Made by a program: the position numbers and the translations under genes | DNA from: Octopus sinensis | Taxonomy: Eukaryota | Length of the DNA stretch: 64,000 nucleotides | Direction: 5' to 3' | Assembly: GCF_006345805.1 (NCBI RefSeq) | Contig: NC_043001.1 | Span: forward strand, 3,534,001 to 3,598,000 | Notes under the pieces: generated by a model | What the model saw: only the letters and a program-made list of their open reading frames with translations | What the model was told of the DNA's origin: nothing | Databases searched by the model: none | Part shown: piece by piece, positions 25,820 through 37,765 of the stretch | Position numbering within the stretch: the stretch's first letter is position 1 | How the letters are laid out: every line of letters begins with the position of its first letter

Positions 25820-26028
25820 ATCATCATCATCGTCGTCGTCGTCGTCATCATCACCATCATCATCATCATCGTTGTTGTTAACGTCGTCATTATCATCATT
25901 ATTATCGTTGATATCGTTATCATCGTCTCATTAACATTGTCATCATCGTCGTCGTCGTCGTCGTCATCCTCCTCCTCCTCCTCCTCATCCTCCTCCTCCT
26001 CCTCCTCCTCCTCCTCATCATCATCATC

Positions 26029-26059
<31 letters not shown>

Positions 26060-26180
26060 TCATCGTTGTCGATATCGTCGTCATTATCATCATCATTATC
26101 GTTGATATCATCGTTATCATCGTCTCATTAACATTGTCATCATTGTCGTCGTGGTCGTTGTCATCATCATCATCATCAAA
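25745..26180. repeat. Compound trinucleotide tract (ATC/GTC/CTC) duplicated with about 197-bp period
   Basis: Anchor gtctcattaacattgtcatc at 25925 and 26122. Confidence 0.85.
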
Positions 26181-26465
26181 GTTGTGTAAAACCTTGTCTG
26201 TATCTCCTCTACCCCCATATTGGTTCTGGTTTGGAATTCCTGCCTTTTCGCAGAGGGTTGCCTGCACTGCGACTCAGGCAACCCCTGTTTACATCTGTTC
26301 CTTTCTCTCTTCTCAATGACTTGCGGGCAGACGGTATTTCGTTGTGCAACCAGCTTCCAAGAATGTGTCTAATATATACAGAATTGGTTAATCCAATAAC
26401 ATTCCACTTCTATATTCATTGGCTATTTAAGGAATGTGTTTGTGGATAATTAAAGGGTTGGATCG

Positions 26466-26503
26466 TTGCGGATGAAGGAGCAAAGACTCCCGAAACATGG
26501 CAA
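26466..26503 (+). ncRNA. Degenerate minimal hammerhead-like motif
   Basis: ttg-CGGATGA-A-GGAG-caaaga-CTCC-C-GAAAC-atg-gcaa; core and cleavage site damaged. Confidence 0.4.
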
Positions 26504-26961
26504 ATACGCCCAGTACCCATTTTTTTCATATTCGATATCATTTCTTTACATTTGATATCCTTCATACAAAACGTCAATAAAATCAGGTTATTGTTTCGTT
26601 CTGCGTTTAATTTTCACAGCTGATACTCTTTCTTTTTACCAACTATTTAATGAAGTTGAGTGAACTGGATTTTGTTTTATTTAGATACTGGTATCTTTTC
26701 TGAATTTTATCTCTTCTTACTTGAGGAATTACATGGGTTGCATGCCTAACATGCCCATCTCGTCATATCTTCATTCCTTATATGATTAATACTAAAAGAT
26801 TGGCAATATTTTGGTAAGTTTTATGCTTTATTCATCAAGTTACGACTCAAGAAGCTAAGTAATCAAACTAGAAGTCAACTTTCTGCCAGTTCTTTGGTTC
26901 CACGTTGGTACCAGTTCCAGTCCTTCGAAGTGAAGAATTCCTTCTCTCAATCTTCCACTTC

Positions 26962-27011
26962 TTCTCGGCTGATGAAATGTTGCAACTGGGCCACGGAACA
27001 CGTACTTGGAA
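26962..27011 (+). ncRNA. Degenerate minimal hammerhead-like motif
   Basis: ttctcgg-CTGATGA-A-atg...cac-GGAAC-AC-GTA-cttggaa; intact CUGAUGA, A13->G, weak stems. Confidence 0.35.
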
Positions 27012-27719
27012 TGCTAGGAGCCTTTCGTTGTAACTCGACAAATAAAACAGATTAGTTACCAAAATACTGCAAAACTTTCGACTCAATACAATACATATAG
27101 ATTTCACATGGCTAAAAAAATAGATTCCCTTATTTGGAGTTACTTCCATCCTAGAGGTGTGGCAGCTGCTGCTTCTTTGCATCTGTATGTGGTATACACT
27201 GGCAGCCTATGGCACTGACGCTCCCCTCACTATTTAGGTAGAAGGACGATTATGCTGGCGGGCTCAGGAGGCTGAATTACAACACAAACTCTAGGAAATT
27301 ATATATAAAATGCTAAATAATATCTAATTTTGCTGTAAAAATACAACTCCTATATAAACCACAAGAGCTCTGGCAGTCATAACCTCGCAAGTTTTGTCTT
27401 TTGTTATATGCATATTAAATATCTTGTATGTGACATATTTATTCAAAGCTATTATTTGTTATTAAATCACAGACATTAAACTTGTAACCATTATGTAAAT
27501 TTATTTCTACTAGTAATAGTTTGTTTACATTATTCATAAAGAAATCTAATCTTCTTAACTTGAGCTGATAGAAGATGAGGTAAATTCTCACTAATGAATT
27601 TTTAATGAACGCTGGGGAGCTGTCTTATTGAAACCCACTTTCAGATACTGAAGTTTCAATAGTTTATCCTTGGGTTGTTGTTTCAGAGCTGGAATATATG
27701 TGCTTCATGTAAAACATTA

Positions 27720-28070
27720 GCAGTTCTTGAGGGCAAATGGAGGGAGCAACAGAACCAGTGCAATTCCTCATGGCTAAAGCAGAGTGAAGGGAAAGAGGAG
27801 AAAAGAGATAGAAATATGTGGATGATGGCAAAAGATTGCGTATGAAGAGATCAAAATGTTGTTCCTCAATATACAAGAATCATGGTACAATGAAGAGGAG
27901 AAGGAATATTTGACCATTCCGTAACTGATAAATCTCCACTTCTCTCGTTTCTTTGATGCCATCTTAGTAAATGGTATTAAACTGCAAAGAGGGGCAACAG
28001 AGAAACCTAGCAGGTAGCACCCTATATAGATTAATACAAATCTAGCCTTCTCCATAGAAATATAGTCAAT
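27720..28070 (+). mobile_element. Heavily deleted CR1-like RT fragment
   Basis: TSAIPHG (SGVPQG-like), KYVDDGK (YADD-like), KLQRGAT (VQRRAT-like). Confidence 0.45.
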
Positions 28071-28486
28071 AATATTACACAGCTAACTGGACAAATCTTC
28101 TCCACATTTTTCTCGATATGAACAAGCAGATTTCTTTGGCAAGAAGTTTGCTTCCAAACCACATCATTCTGGGTTCAGTCCTACTGTGAGACACCTTGGA
28201 CAAGTGTCTTCTACAATAGCCTCAGGCTGGTGAAAGATTTTCGTGTGGATTTGGTTGATGAGACCTGAAAGAAGCCCATTGTATTTATGTTTATACATCC
28301 ATATCCGTTAACGGTTATTTTCAATAATTTTCTCACTGGATTCGTTTCTCTTTTTGTCTTCTGCAATTTTATTTTCGGATCTTCCATATATATGAAGAAT
28401 TTCCCTCCGTCCGGCTGTTTTTCTCTCTACAAAACAAAAAACTGCATACTGGAACTGTCATTTTAACGAGTTTTTAAAATTTATTT

Positions 28487-28589
28487 ATCACCCGACGAGA
28501 TACGTCTGCACCCCGGACACTCCGGAACCAGTTTTTGTGTGTGCCACAAGACGAATTGATGCAAGATGTGTCGAAACAATTGTTGTAAT
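28487..28589 (+). ncRNA. Type I hammerhead-like motif with long stem II in PLE pLTR-like DNA (about 28300-28630)
   Basis: atcac-CCGACGA-GATACGTC...GATGTGTC-GAAAC-AATT-GT-T-gtaat; palindromic stem III ACAATTGT. Confidence 0.6.
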
Positions 28590-28636
28590 TAATAATATAT
28601 TCTTGTATATTCCATTTTCTGTCTTTCATTTGTTAT

Positions 28637-28667
<31 letters not shown>

Positions 28668-29153
28668 ATGTGTGTATATTTTTGTCTGTGTCCCTCACCA
28701 CTGCTTGACAACTGGTGTTGGTGATTGGGGTCCATTTATTCGATTAAAATTTTCCAAGGCTGTGCTCCAGCAGGGCCGCAGTCAAAGGAGTAAAATACAT
28801 CAAAGAACATAAGAGATAAATGGAATTACTGTCTGCTTTTTTCTGCATCTCGAACGTAGGTATATCGAGCACTGCATTATATTGCATCATATTATATTAT
28901 ATTATATTATATTATATTATATTACATTATATTATATTATATGTATGTTTATATGTATCTATAAATGTAGATATATATGTATGCATCTATCTGTATATAT
29001 ATATATACACACACAGATATACATATATATGAATGTATGTGTGTGTGTGTGTGTGTGTGTGTTATTGTATCTATCTATCAATATCTACATACATACGTGT
29101 GTACATACATACTTATACATGGATGTATGTGTAATAACTACCCACTTCACAAT

Positions 29154-29193
<40 letters not shown>

Positions 29194-29459
29194 TTGTAAA
29201 GCTAAATCTTTCTGCCATTTATCATTGCCTTTCTCCTCCATATATTACTGTTGCTTCATTCCTTTATGACAGAATGCTTTCACTTTATCTTTTCAACAAT
29301 AACTACCTGAGCCAGTATTCATGTACGCTCTCATTTCCTGCATTGCTGTGGTACATTTTATGTATGATTTATTGGTTGGAAGTATGTTCTGATGAGTTTC
29401 CTTTTATTGTAGAATTGTCATTTGTCAGTTAGAATTAGGGAAACCTACGCAACCGACGT

Positions 29460-29780
29460 GCATAGATGACAAATTGCGTTAAATGCTCTGTCGCTGGTCC
29501 CTTACATAACATTTCGTTAAAATATGGAAAGCTTCACACCACTCTAGTTTATCAACAATATGTGAAGTACTGAGCATTTCATTTATATATTCTTGTCGAC
29601 TTTTACAGCAGATGTTGATAACAAGAGAACGGCCCAGGAAATCAGTGGTCAGAGAAATTATCTGCCCTACATGGTTGCATATTGTTTGGTAGAAGAGGTA
29701 CAGCCTGGAAGTCTGGACTGACAGGAAATTAGCAAACCATATTTTCAAAAACCAGTCTCAAGTGATCTTGTAATGAACTC
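29460..29780 (-). mobile_element. Degenerate CR1-like RT fragment
   Basis: IWFANFLS..., FLGRSLVINIC resemble CR1 W..NFL..R.Q and LGP.L..IYI. Confidence 0.4.
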
Positions 29781-30489
29781 CTCTCGTTTCATATATTTTA
29801 TTCAACAAAAACCAAGAAGATTTGGGAACCTTTATTTAAAATTTCAATATTTAAGGATTAAATATGTGTCATATATAGTGTCAAGTGCTGAAGAAATTTC
29901 CTTCTCAACCAAAAGGTTCTGGGTTTAATTCTAATAGAGGGGCACCTTTGATAAGTTATGTTTCTTCATCACAAACTTATATCAACATCCTAAGAACCCC
30001 ACCATTCTTTTAAATAACAATGACTTTTCTCCTCACAGCCTCCCTCTAATTCTTCATCACTCTTAGACATTTCTCTTTCCTATGACCCCTTACTTTCACA
30101 TATTCCATCCATATTCATCCCATAATGTGGAATCTGTCCCCCACACAAGCTATGTTGTTGCTCTTACACCCTTTCTCTCACTAACTCACGACATTATATT
30201 CCTCTTTCCATACTTCATCTTTCACCTTCTTGCCTAAAGGCCCCTCTCTCCCCTCTCACTCTCTCCTATTCTTCTTTCCCACCACTCTTGTCCTGGTTCT
30301 AATCAAACAGCCATCTGCACTCTATAGAATGTGGTTGGCATTAGAAAGGATAACCGACTGTAGAAACCATGCCAAAACCTAAAACATTGGCGTATGAAGT
30401 GGTTCTTCAACTTACTGGATCCTGGAGATCATTCTAACCAAGCGTGTAAAGCAGACGTGGTGCTACTGCTGCTGCTGTTGCTGTTGATA

Positions 30490-30546
<57 letters not shown>

Positions 30547-30554
30547 CACTAAGT

Positions 30555-30720
30555 CCACACTGCTCAGTGGTTGGTGTTAGGAAGGGCATCCCGCTGCAAA
30601 AATCCTGCCAAAACAGTTACATAAGTCTGGTGCAGGTATCTGCCTGCCTGACTCTTGTCAAACCATCCTATCCATGCCAGCATGGAAGGTGAACGTTAAA
30701 CGATGATGATGATAGTAATA
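30555..30720 (+). mobile_element. 3' tail of an RTE/RTEX-type LINE (or derived SINE) with (GAT)n end; related copies at about 9200-9280, 22965-23050, 30330-30470, 34645-34925 (-), 37790-37970 (-)
   Basis: gtggttggtgttaggaagggcatcc...ccatgccagcatggaaggtgaacgttaaacgatgatgatgat. Confidence 0.65.
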
Positions 30721-31619
30721 ATGCTGCTGCTGCTGATTATATATATATTCTGCACTCTTTCTCACACTCATACCTACATCTGCACTCACACATACACATA
30801 AATGTGTTCACTGTAGCTTTCTTCTAGGATGTTCCACGAAATTGGCATTGTTCATCCTCACCTTATATTAGGAGAAATTTATACAAATCTTGCAATTTAT
30901 TTGAAACAGAAAATAATGAAGAATTTAAGAGAGAATCTTCCTATCACTCCACACTGTTATTTGAACCATAATCTAAGAGGTTTCCACAGAAAATAATGAG
31001 CAAAGGTTTAAATTAAACTTGAAAACATCTCAGGAGACATTTTGTACCAGTCAACCAGAAATGGTCTCAGACAATAAGATTCAGTGTATTTGCCTCTTCT
31101 CTATACGAAATAAATAAATCTCTTTATTTAATTGCTTCTATTCTCTCCCTCATTAACTCTTCTTTTCTCTCATTTGCATCCCTATGCTTCTCTCGTCTAT
31201 TCTACTTTACTTTCTCTCCCATTATGTTAGCTATTAACAAGGTTTTCTACTCACTTACATCTCTAATGAGTTAATATAATCCAGTTATGTTTCTTGGCTA
31301 TAATCCGGTCTTGTTCATACTACAAAATATCTACAGTACCATTGCCTTTCATCAATATTTATCATATGTGCAGGTATGTATGTGTAGTAAGAAGTTTGCT
31401 TCCCAACTACATGGTTCCAGGTTCAGTCCCACTGCATGGCAGTACTCAACTATTACTTAATTTATTGACCCCGAAAGGATGAAAGACAAAGTATACCTCG
31501 GTGGAATTTGAGCTCAGAACACGAAGACGAAATACTGCTAAGCATTCCGTCTGGCGGGCTAATGATTCTGCCAGCTCGTCGCCTTAAGCAAAGCATAATA
31601 ATAATGATGAGAACTATGC

Positions 31620-32640
31620 AAGATTGAGTTTTCTGCGGTAATTAATCGAAAACCACAAAGGAAAGAATACAAGTAAGATTATGATGTATAACGTTGCTCT
31701 GAGATTGGTCTTAAAAGATAAGGAAAAGGATTTCACGATTTTACTAATCTTATATACTCTGCTGTTAAAGTGGTAACAACTCTATAAGGTATGACGATTA
31801 TAAAGTAAGAGGCCAGGCATTTAAATAAACCTCCTAAATAGAAAGTAAAAATTCCGAATGAGATTGAATTTCTGTGGGCGGAAGTAGAAGTTCTTGGTGA
31901 ACTTGCTAGAGGAGAAAATATGAGAACAAGAAAAGCAAGAGAAATATCAAACAAAAATATAAGATCAAAGATCTTATAAACTTGCTTGTGACTAAGGAAC
32001 TGTTGAAACAGTGAAGAGAGTTAAAAACCAACTGCAGAAGGTATGAGGCGAAAAACGAATTCTATCGTCAAAACAAAATATTCAAAGTGATGTACAGTTT
32101 AATGGGGAAATTAGCAAAAGTTAGATGGAGAGATGAGAACCATAGAAAATTGAGGAAGTAGAGGAGATTTGGAAGAGAATATGTAGCAAGAAGAAATTTG
32201 GTTTAATGCTTCAGTTGATTGGATAGAAAACGAGAAAGAAAGACTGAAAGGTAATAGGAACAACAGATTTAAGGCATGTTGGTTGAAGATCTTAGAAATG
32301 GAAAACTCCAGAAAGGACCTGGTTCCGTAACTTTTTGACTGATTTGTTTGACTGATGCACAGAAACATCTCTTAATATCATTCAGAACCGAAAACAAATA
32401 GATCGTTCGATCTTGGGCTGATGCCAAACAAACATATAAATTGTCGTGATAGGTTAAGGCAATATTTGCATTGGAAAATATGTAAGCACTATAAAACTGA
32501 CCCACCTCCAAACTCTTATAAACAATAGCCTGAGCCGGTGACTGATGGTGTAAATGTGACCACCTTGAAGGATCTTTTTCTGTCATCACTAAGATAAACG
32601 GCTGCAAATTCTCAGAAAATATTCTGACTCTACTACACTT
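31620..32640 (+). mobile_element. Degenerate HERO-like (RLE) non-LTR retrotransposon, N-terminal/RT region
   Basis: Broken peptides around aggacctggt..., ctgatgcacagaaacatctc, cccacctccaaactcttataaac (PG.D..., TCL.TLYK-like); many disablements. Confidence 0.45.
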
Positions 32641-32933
32641 TCAGTCCTCAAAATGCACGAGGACAAATATATTTGTGAATTACTTGTATCATGCACTGGA
32701 GGAATGATTAAAATGACACGAGTATTTCATCATATTTACACAAAACTGTTCAGCTAAGTAGTTCTTTTCCGATTTTTTCTTCTTTCTCTCTTTTTGCTTT
32801 TTTCTTTCCTCTTTTTCCTTTTACCAGTTATGAAAGAGAAAACTAATGACATCACTTTATCTAAATAGGAACGCAGGATTTCTTCATTTATACTTTGAAT
32901 TTCTGTATTACTGCAGTTTTTTCATTTTACATT

Positions 32934-32976
32934 TTGAACCTGCTGAAGACAGATGATCTGTTGAAATATTGTTCAA
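32934..32976 (+). ncRNA. Minimal type I hammerhead-like motif, all three stems well formed
   Basis: TTGAAC-CTGCTGA-A-GACAGA-tga-TCTGTT-GAAAT-AT-T-GTTCAA; 6-bp stem I, palindromic AATATT; A6->C. Confidence 0.65.
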
Positions 32977-33127
32977 TCAGTTAAATGGACAATCTCCATC
33001 ACAAATTGCATCATGCTCTTCTTATTGTCTATTTGCATTCACAAAAAATTACAACAATCTTTATAACATATTATTATTATCATTATTATTCTTTCGAAAC
33101 ACAGTGTAAGTAAAAAGTGCACCATAG

Positions 33128-33525
33128 ACGCAGGAGTGGCTGTGTGGTAAGTAGCTTGCTAACCAACCGCATGGTTCCGGGTTCAGTCCCACTGCGTGGC
33201 ATCTTGGGCAAGTGTCTTCTGCTATAGCCCCGGGCCGACCAATGCCTTGTGAGTGGATTTGGTAGACGGAAACTGAAAGAAGCCGGTTGTATATATGTAT
33301 ATATGTGTGTGTGTTTGTATGTCTGTGTTTGTCCCCCTAGCATTGCTTGACAACCGATGCTGGTGTGTTTACGTCCCCGTCACTTAGCGGTTCGGCAAAA
33401 GAGACCGATAGAATAAGTACTGGGCTTACAAAGAATAAGTCCTGGTGTCGATTTGCTCGACTAGAGGCGGTGCTCCAGCATGGCTGCAGTCAAATGACTG
33501 AAACAAGTAAAAGAGAGAGAAAGTG
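33128..33525 (+). mobile_element. Full-length OR2-like SINE
   Basis: gcaggagtggctgtgtggtaag (A box), ggttcagtccc (B box), CORE-like ttgggcaagtgtcttc, 3' module and gtaaaagag tail. Confidence 0.92.
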
Positions 33526-33559
33526 AGAAAGAGAGAGTCTTTAGACATTTGTTAAGTCA

Positions 33560-34040
33560 CAACAAGGACCTCAGACAGATAGTACTTTCCTTAAGGTGCG
33601 CATTGTGCCCAATAAGGCTACATTTTGCAAGACATCAATCTTTCATGGGATTTCCATTTGCCTTAAGAAGTTTTGAAGTTTCAATGGGATTGAGCCCAAC
33701 GCTCCGATCGCCACTGGCATCACTTTTACATTACCCACTTGCATTCCATACAGTCTTGCCATTTCCACTTTCAATTCGGTGTACTTAGGGATTTTTTCAT
33801 CCTCTTTTTCAACCTTCTTACTCAAAATATTCATGTCATTTGGTATGACTACGTCAATTATCTAACAATATTTGTCCCTCTTATTCAATATGAGAATATC
33901 CGGCCGATGGTGTTCGATTGCACAATCCGTCTGAAAATCACAGTCCCAAAGTATCGTTACTTTTCCATCCTTCTGCATAACTTCATTTGGCACATGCTCA
34001 TACCAGTTCATACCTGATAAGGGTAGACTAGGTACTTGGT
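33560..34040 (-). mobile_element. HERO-like RLE-type non-LTR retrotransposon 3' end
   Basis: NWYEHVP...TILWDCDFQTD..IEHHRPDILIL...IIDVVIPND...KIPKYTELK...PVAIGALGSI: restriction-like endonuclease signature. Confidence 0.8.
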
Positions 34041-34272
34041 AGCAGCTTTACACTTAAGGTAACATGTCCACGAATGAAAATAGAAAAGTGGTGACAAAGA
34101 AGAATGAGAAAGGTAGGTTGAGGACTGGAAAAGTGTAAGAGGGAGTGATTGATTGATAGGAATAAGGGTGGTTGAGACTACTGGAAAATAGTACAGTTCT
34201 ATATTTAAGAGAAGAGGAATTATGTACATTATTTACATTTGACGGATATTTGTCTTTATATTGTTTGCTGTT

Positions 34273-34318
34273 AACACAACATTTCGGCTGATATACCCTG
34301 TAGCCTTCATCGGGTGTC
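34273..34318 (-). ncRNA. Minimal type I hammerhead-like motif in PLE pLTR fragment (about 34180-34325)
   Basis: rc: GACAC-CCGATGA-A-GGCT-acagggtatatc-AGCC-GAAAT-GT-T-GTGTT. Confidence 0.65.
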
Positions 34319-34350
34319 TTGGGGATATGATGAAAGAAGCCTGTGGTATG

Positions 34351-34397
<47 letters not shown>

Positions 34398-34918
34398 TGT
34401 TGAAGATAGCCGACTGTGCTGGTATGCGCATGTGATGCAAATAGACGAGGACAGCTATGTAAAGAAGTACCGATCTCTGATCCAGGTTCGAAATTTCCCC
34501 AAGAGTTTCTCTCGAGCGTTGGACCTCGTAGAGGTAAACCTGTTGAGTTTCTATCGAGTGTTGGGCCTCACGGACATAATGGCCAAGATATTTGGCATTA
34601 AGAAAACCCATCAAGCGGAGCATATCGCAGTCGTGGCAGATACCAGTGTCCCGCAAATTGGGACGTAAAAGCACCCCAGTGTCACGCAAGTGGCACCCTA
34701 GTGTTACGTAAATGGTACTCCAGTGTCACGCACATAACAGCCATGGTGGTGACACGTAAAAGCACCCATTACACTCTCCGAGGGGTTGGCGTTATGGAGG
34801 GCATCAATCCGTATAAAACCATGCCACATCAGACTGGAATCTGCTGCGGCTTTCCAGCGTACCAGCCCAGTAAAACCTCCCAACGCATGCCAGCATGGAC
34901 AACATACGTTAAATGATG

Positions 34919-34970
<52 letters not shown>

Positions 34971-36087
34971 CAATAATAAATCTCTGAACGGGGTATAAAC
35001 AGTAGCTGCACGACAACGTGAAGTATATTTGTCAATTAAATGTGGCTAACCACTAAGGGTGGATGCTACTGTAGCTTCTTGCCCTAAGAGAACATCTTCT
35101 CCAGCTGGCTATTGACACACATTCTGCCCTCTATCAGTATTTGCCAAGGGAAATGAAAGTTTACATTGTCACAAAGAGGTACATGGTAACACATAGAAGA
35201 TTCAATCAGAATATATATATATGTATGTATGTATGTATATATAGATATGTATGTGTGTTTGTCTTTGTGTCTGTGTTAGTGTGCCCATTACCACTTGAAA
35301 ACCGGTGTTGGTGTGTTTATGTCCCCATAACTTAGCAGTTCGGTAAAAGCGACTGATAGAATGAGTACTAGGCTGAAAAATGTCCTGGGCTCAATTTGTT
35401 CAACTAAAATCCTTCAAGGCAATGCTCCAGCAAGGCCACAATCAAATGACTGAAAGAGATAAAACAATACAAAAAAACTAATGATGATGGTAATATAGAT
35501 ACATTTACAAGACAAGCATTTTAAAAATATTTTCCTATGTTTTTATCTCTGTTTTATCGCATATTTCTTATCTTTCTTGAAAGGAAGAAATTCTTACATT
35601 CAAGTCACAGACATATCCACCTTATTTAACTCTTCTGTTTAGTACCATATCCACAGTTCTTGTTTTCACTAGTTCTCTCTTCTTCAATTTTATTACCATT
35701 CTCTTTAAAAGACACTAGACTTTTCCAATTCAATTTACCATGCAACTTTATTCTAACTTAATTTTCAACATCCAGATAGCTCTTAAATATAAGCATTTTA
35801 AAATTCTTCCCTTCTTCTTTCTTTCGTTAATCTACTTCTAATCTACCTCTGGAAGCATGTTTACCATAACAAAATCTTAATAATACCCAAAAGTCACTTA
35901 GCCTCCTTCACATGAACTCTTTATGCAAAAACACACAAATACTTTTGTTTATTTGTTTTGGTAAACATTTGTAAAATACAAAGATTTATATTTCCTTCAA
36001 TTCTTTGACAAATAGGCACTTAGAATCCTTTCCATTTCACATTCATATTCTCTCTCTCTCTCTCTCTCTGTCTTATTATTTCACCTT

Positions 36088-36122
<35 letters not shown>

Positions 36123-36390
36123 ATTATTTCTCCTTTTTTCATTTTTTCCCTAATTTCTTCCTCTCTCGTTCTATTAAAAAGACTACAGCATATATCGTCT
36201 TCCTCTGTCTGATAATGTATTAAAGTTTTTCGCTTTCATTACTCTCTAATCCACTTGCAAACATCACTTATCCTTTCTATTCACCGGTTTTAACATCTTT
36301 ATTTGAAATTCCAGTTACACAATCAGTTAAATTCTATATGATAACCGTAGCTTACACAACCTCCGCTCCTAATTATATGTAATTTTTATC

Positions 36391-36847
36391 TAAGATTTTT
36401 AGTAAACAATTTTGAGTATAAATCAGTGCTTGATAAGAGATCTTGATAGAAACACTTCTGATGAGTGTTGCAAAATAACTCCGATTAATAGAATTTCTGA
36501 GCTCGAAAATACTTTTGCTGCTTTATTTTAATTGTTACCATACTAAGATTTTTAGTAAACAATTTTGAGTATAAATCAGTGCTTGATAAGAGATCTTGAT
36601 AGAAACACTTCTGATGAGTGTTGCAAAATAAGTCCGATTAATAGAATTTCTGAGCTCGAAAATACTTTTGCTGCTTTATTTTAATTGTTACCATACTAAG
36701 ATTTTTAGTAAACAATTTTGAGTATAAATCAGTGCTTGATAAGAGATCTTGATAGAAACACTTCTGATGAGTGTTGCAAAATAACTCCGATTAATAGAAT
36801 TTCTGAGCTCGAAAATACTTTTGCTGCTTTATTTTAATTGTTACCAT
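36391..36847 (+). repeat. Tandem repeat, 3 x 153 bp, nearly identical
   Basis: Units start taagatttttagtaaacaat at 36391, 36544, 36697; one substitution seen (aactccg/aagtccg). Confidence 0.97.
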
Positions 36848-36849
36848 TC

Positions 36850-37110
36850 TTTTGATAGAGATTTTGTTGCTAGAATTAAAGGTGAGAAAAAGTGTTGAAC
36901 AAGGTTTGGTCCTGGCACACTTGCTTTTCAGCATATTTCTAGTGCTACTGACTCTTGGACAAGGAGGAAGGACTCGCTATGTGCCAGCAGAGGACAAAAG
37001 CCAAAGTGATGGAGATGATGTGGATGTTCTTGTCTGCAGATGACTATGTTCTCAGCAAAAGGCACAGAGTTTGAAAAGTAGATGTATATGAATAGGTTCT
37101 TTGCTGCCAA
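36850..37110 (+). mobile_element. RTE RT fragment
   Basis: KSVEQGLVLAHLLFSIF (GVKQGCVLAPTLFSIF-like), then frameshifted gcagatgac (ADD). Confidence 0.65.
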
Positions 37111-37729
37111 TGAAGACTAGTGTCACTATTAGAACAGAGAAAAGTTATATTTTCATTTGGTACCTGTATCAGTCACTAGAATGTGGCCATGATGGAGCAC
37201 TGTCGTGTGAACCTTTAGTTGAATGAATAGATTTATTTGACTAGAATTTCTTCAAGGCAGTGCTCCATCATGGTCACACTCTAATGACTGAAACGAGTAA
37301 AAGATGTGCACACGCGTGACACTCATATATATCCATCTGCCAAATCCACTCACATGGCTTTAGTCGGCCTCAGTTTTTTAGCAGAAGCATCCTGCCACAC
37401 AATGGGAGTGAACCCGGAACCATGTGGCTGGGAAGCAGACTTCTTACCACACAACCACACCTTTAGAGACCATCTCACAAAATGTACAAAATACCTGTTA
37501 TTAGGGTTGAGTATTAGATTCTACTCACCATCAATGTCTTTGCAAACATTGGCAGCATTTTCTAAGAAATCTTTCCCATCATCATCATCATCATCATCAT
37601 TATCATCATCGTCGTCGTCGTCTTCATCATCAACATCACCATCACCACCACCGTCAATGTCATAATAGTTATAATCATCATCATCGTCATCATCGTCATT
37701 GTCGTCATCATAGTCATCATCATCATCAT

Positions 37730-37765
<36 letters not shown>

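Noticed and set aside
36391-36847. 153-bp array as CRISPR, retrozyme or C/D snoRNA cluster
   Set aside because: No variable spacers; CTGATGA and GAAA cannot be joined by valid stems; C and D boxes too close and C box imperfect
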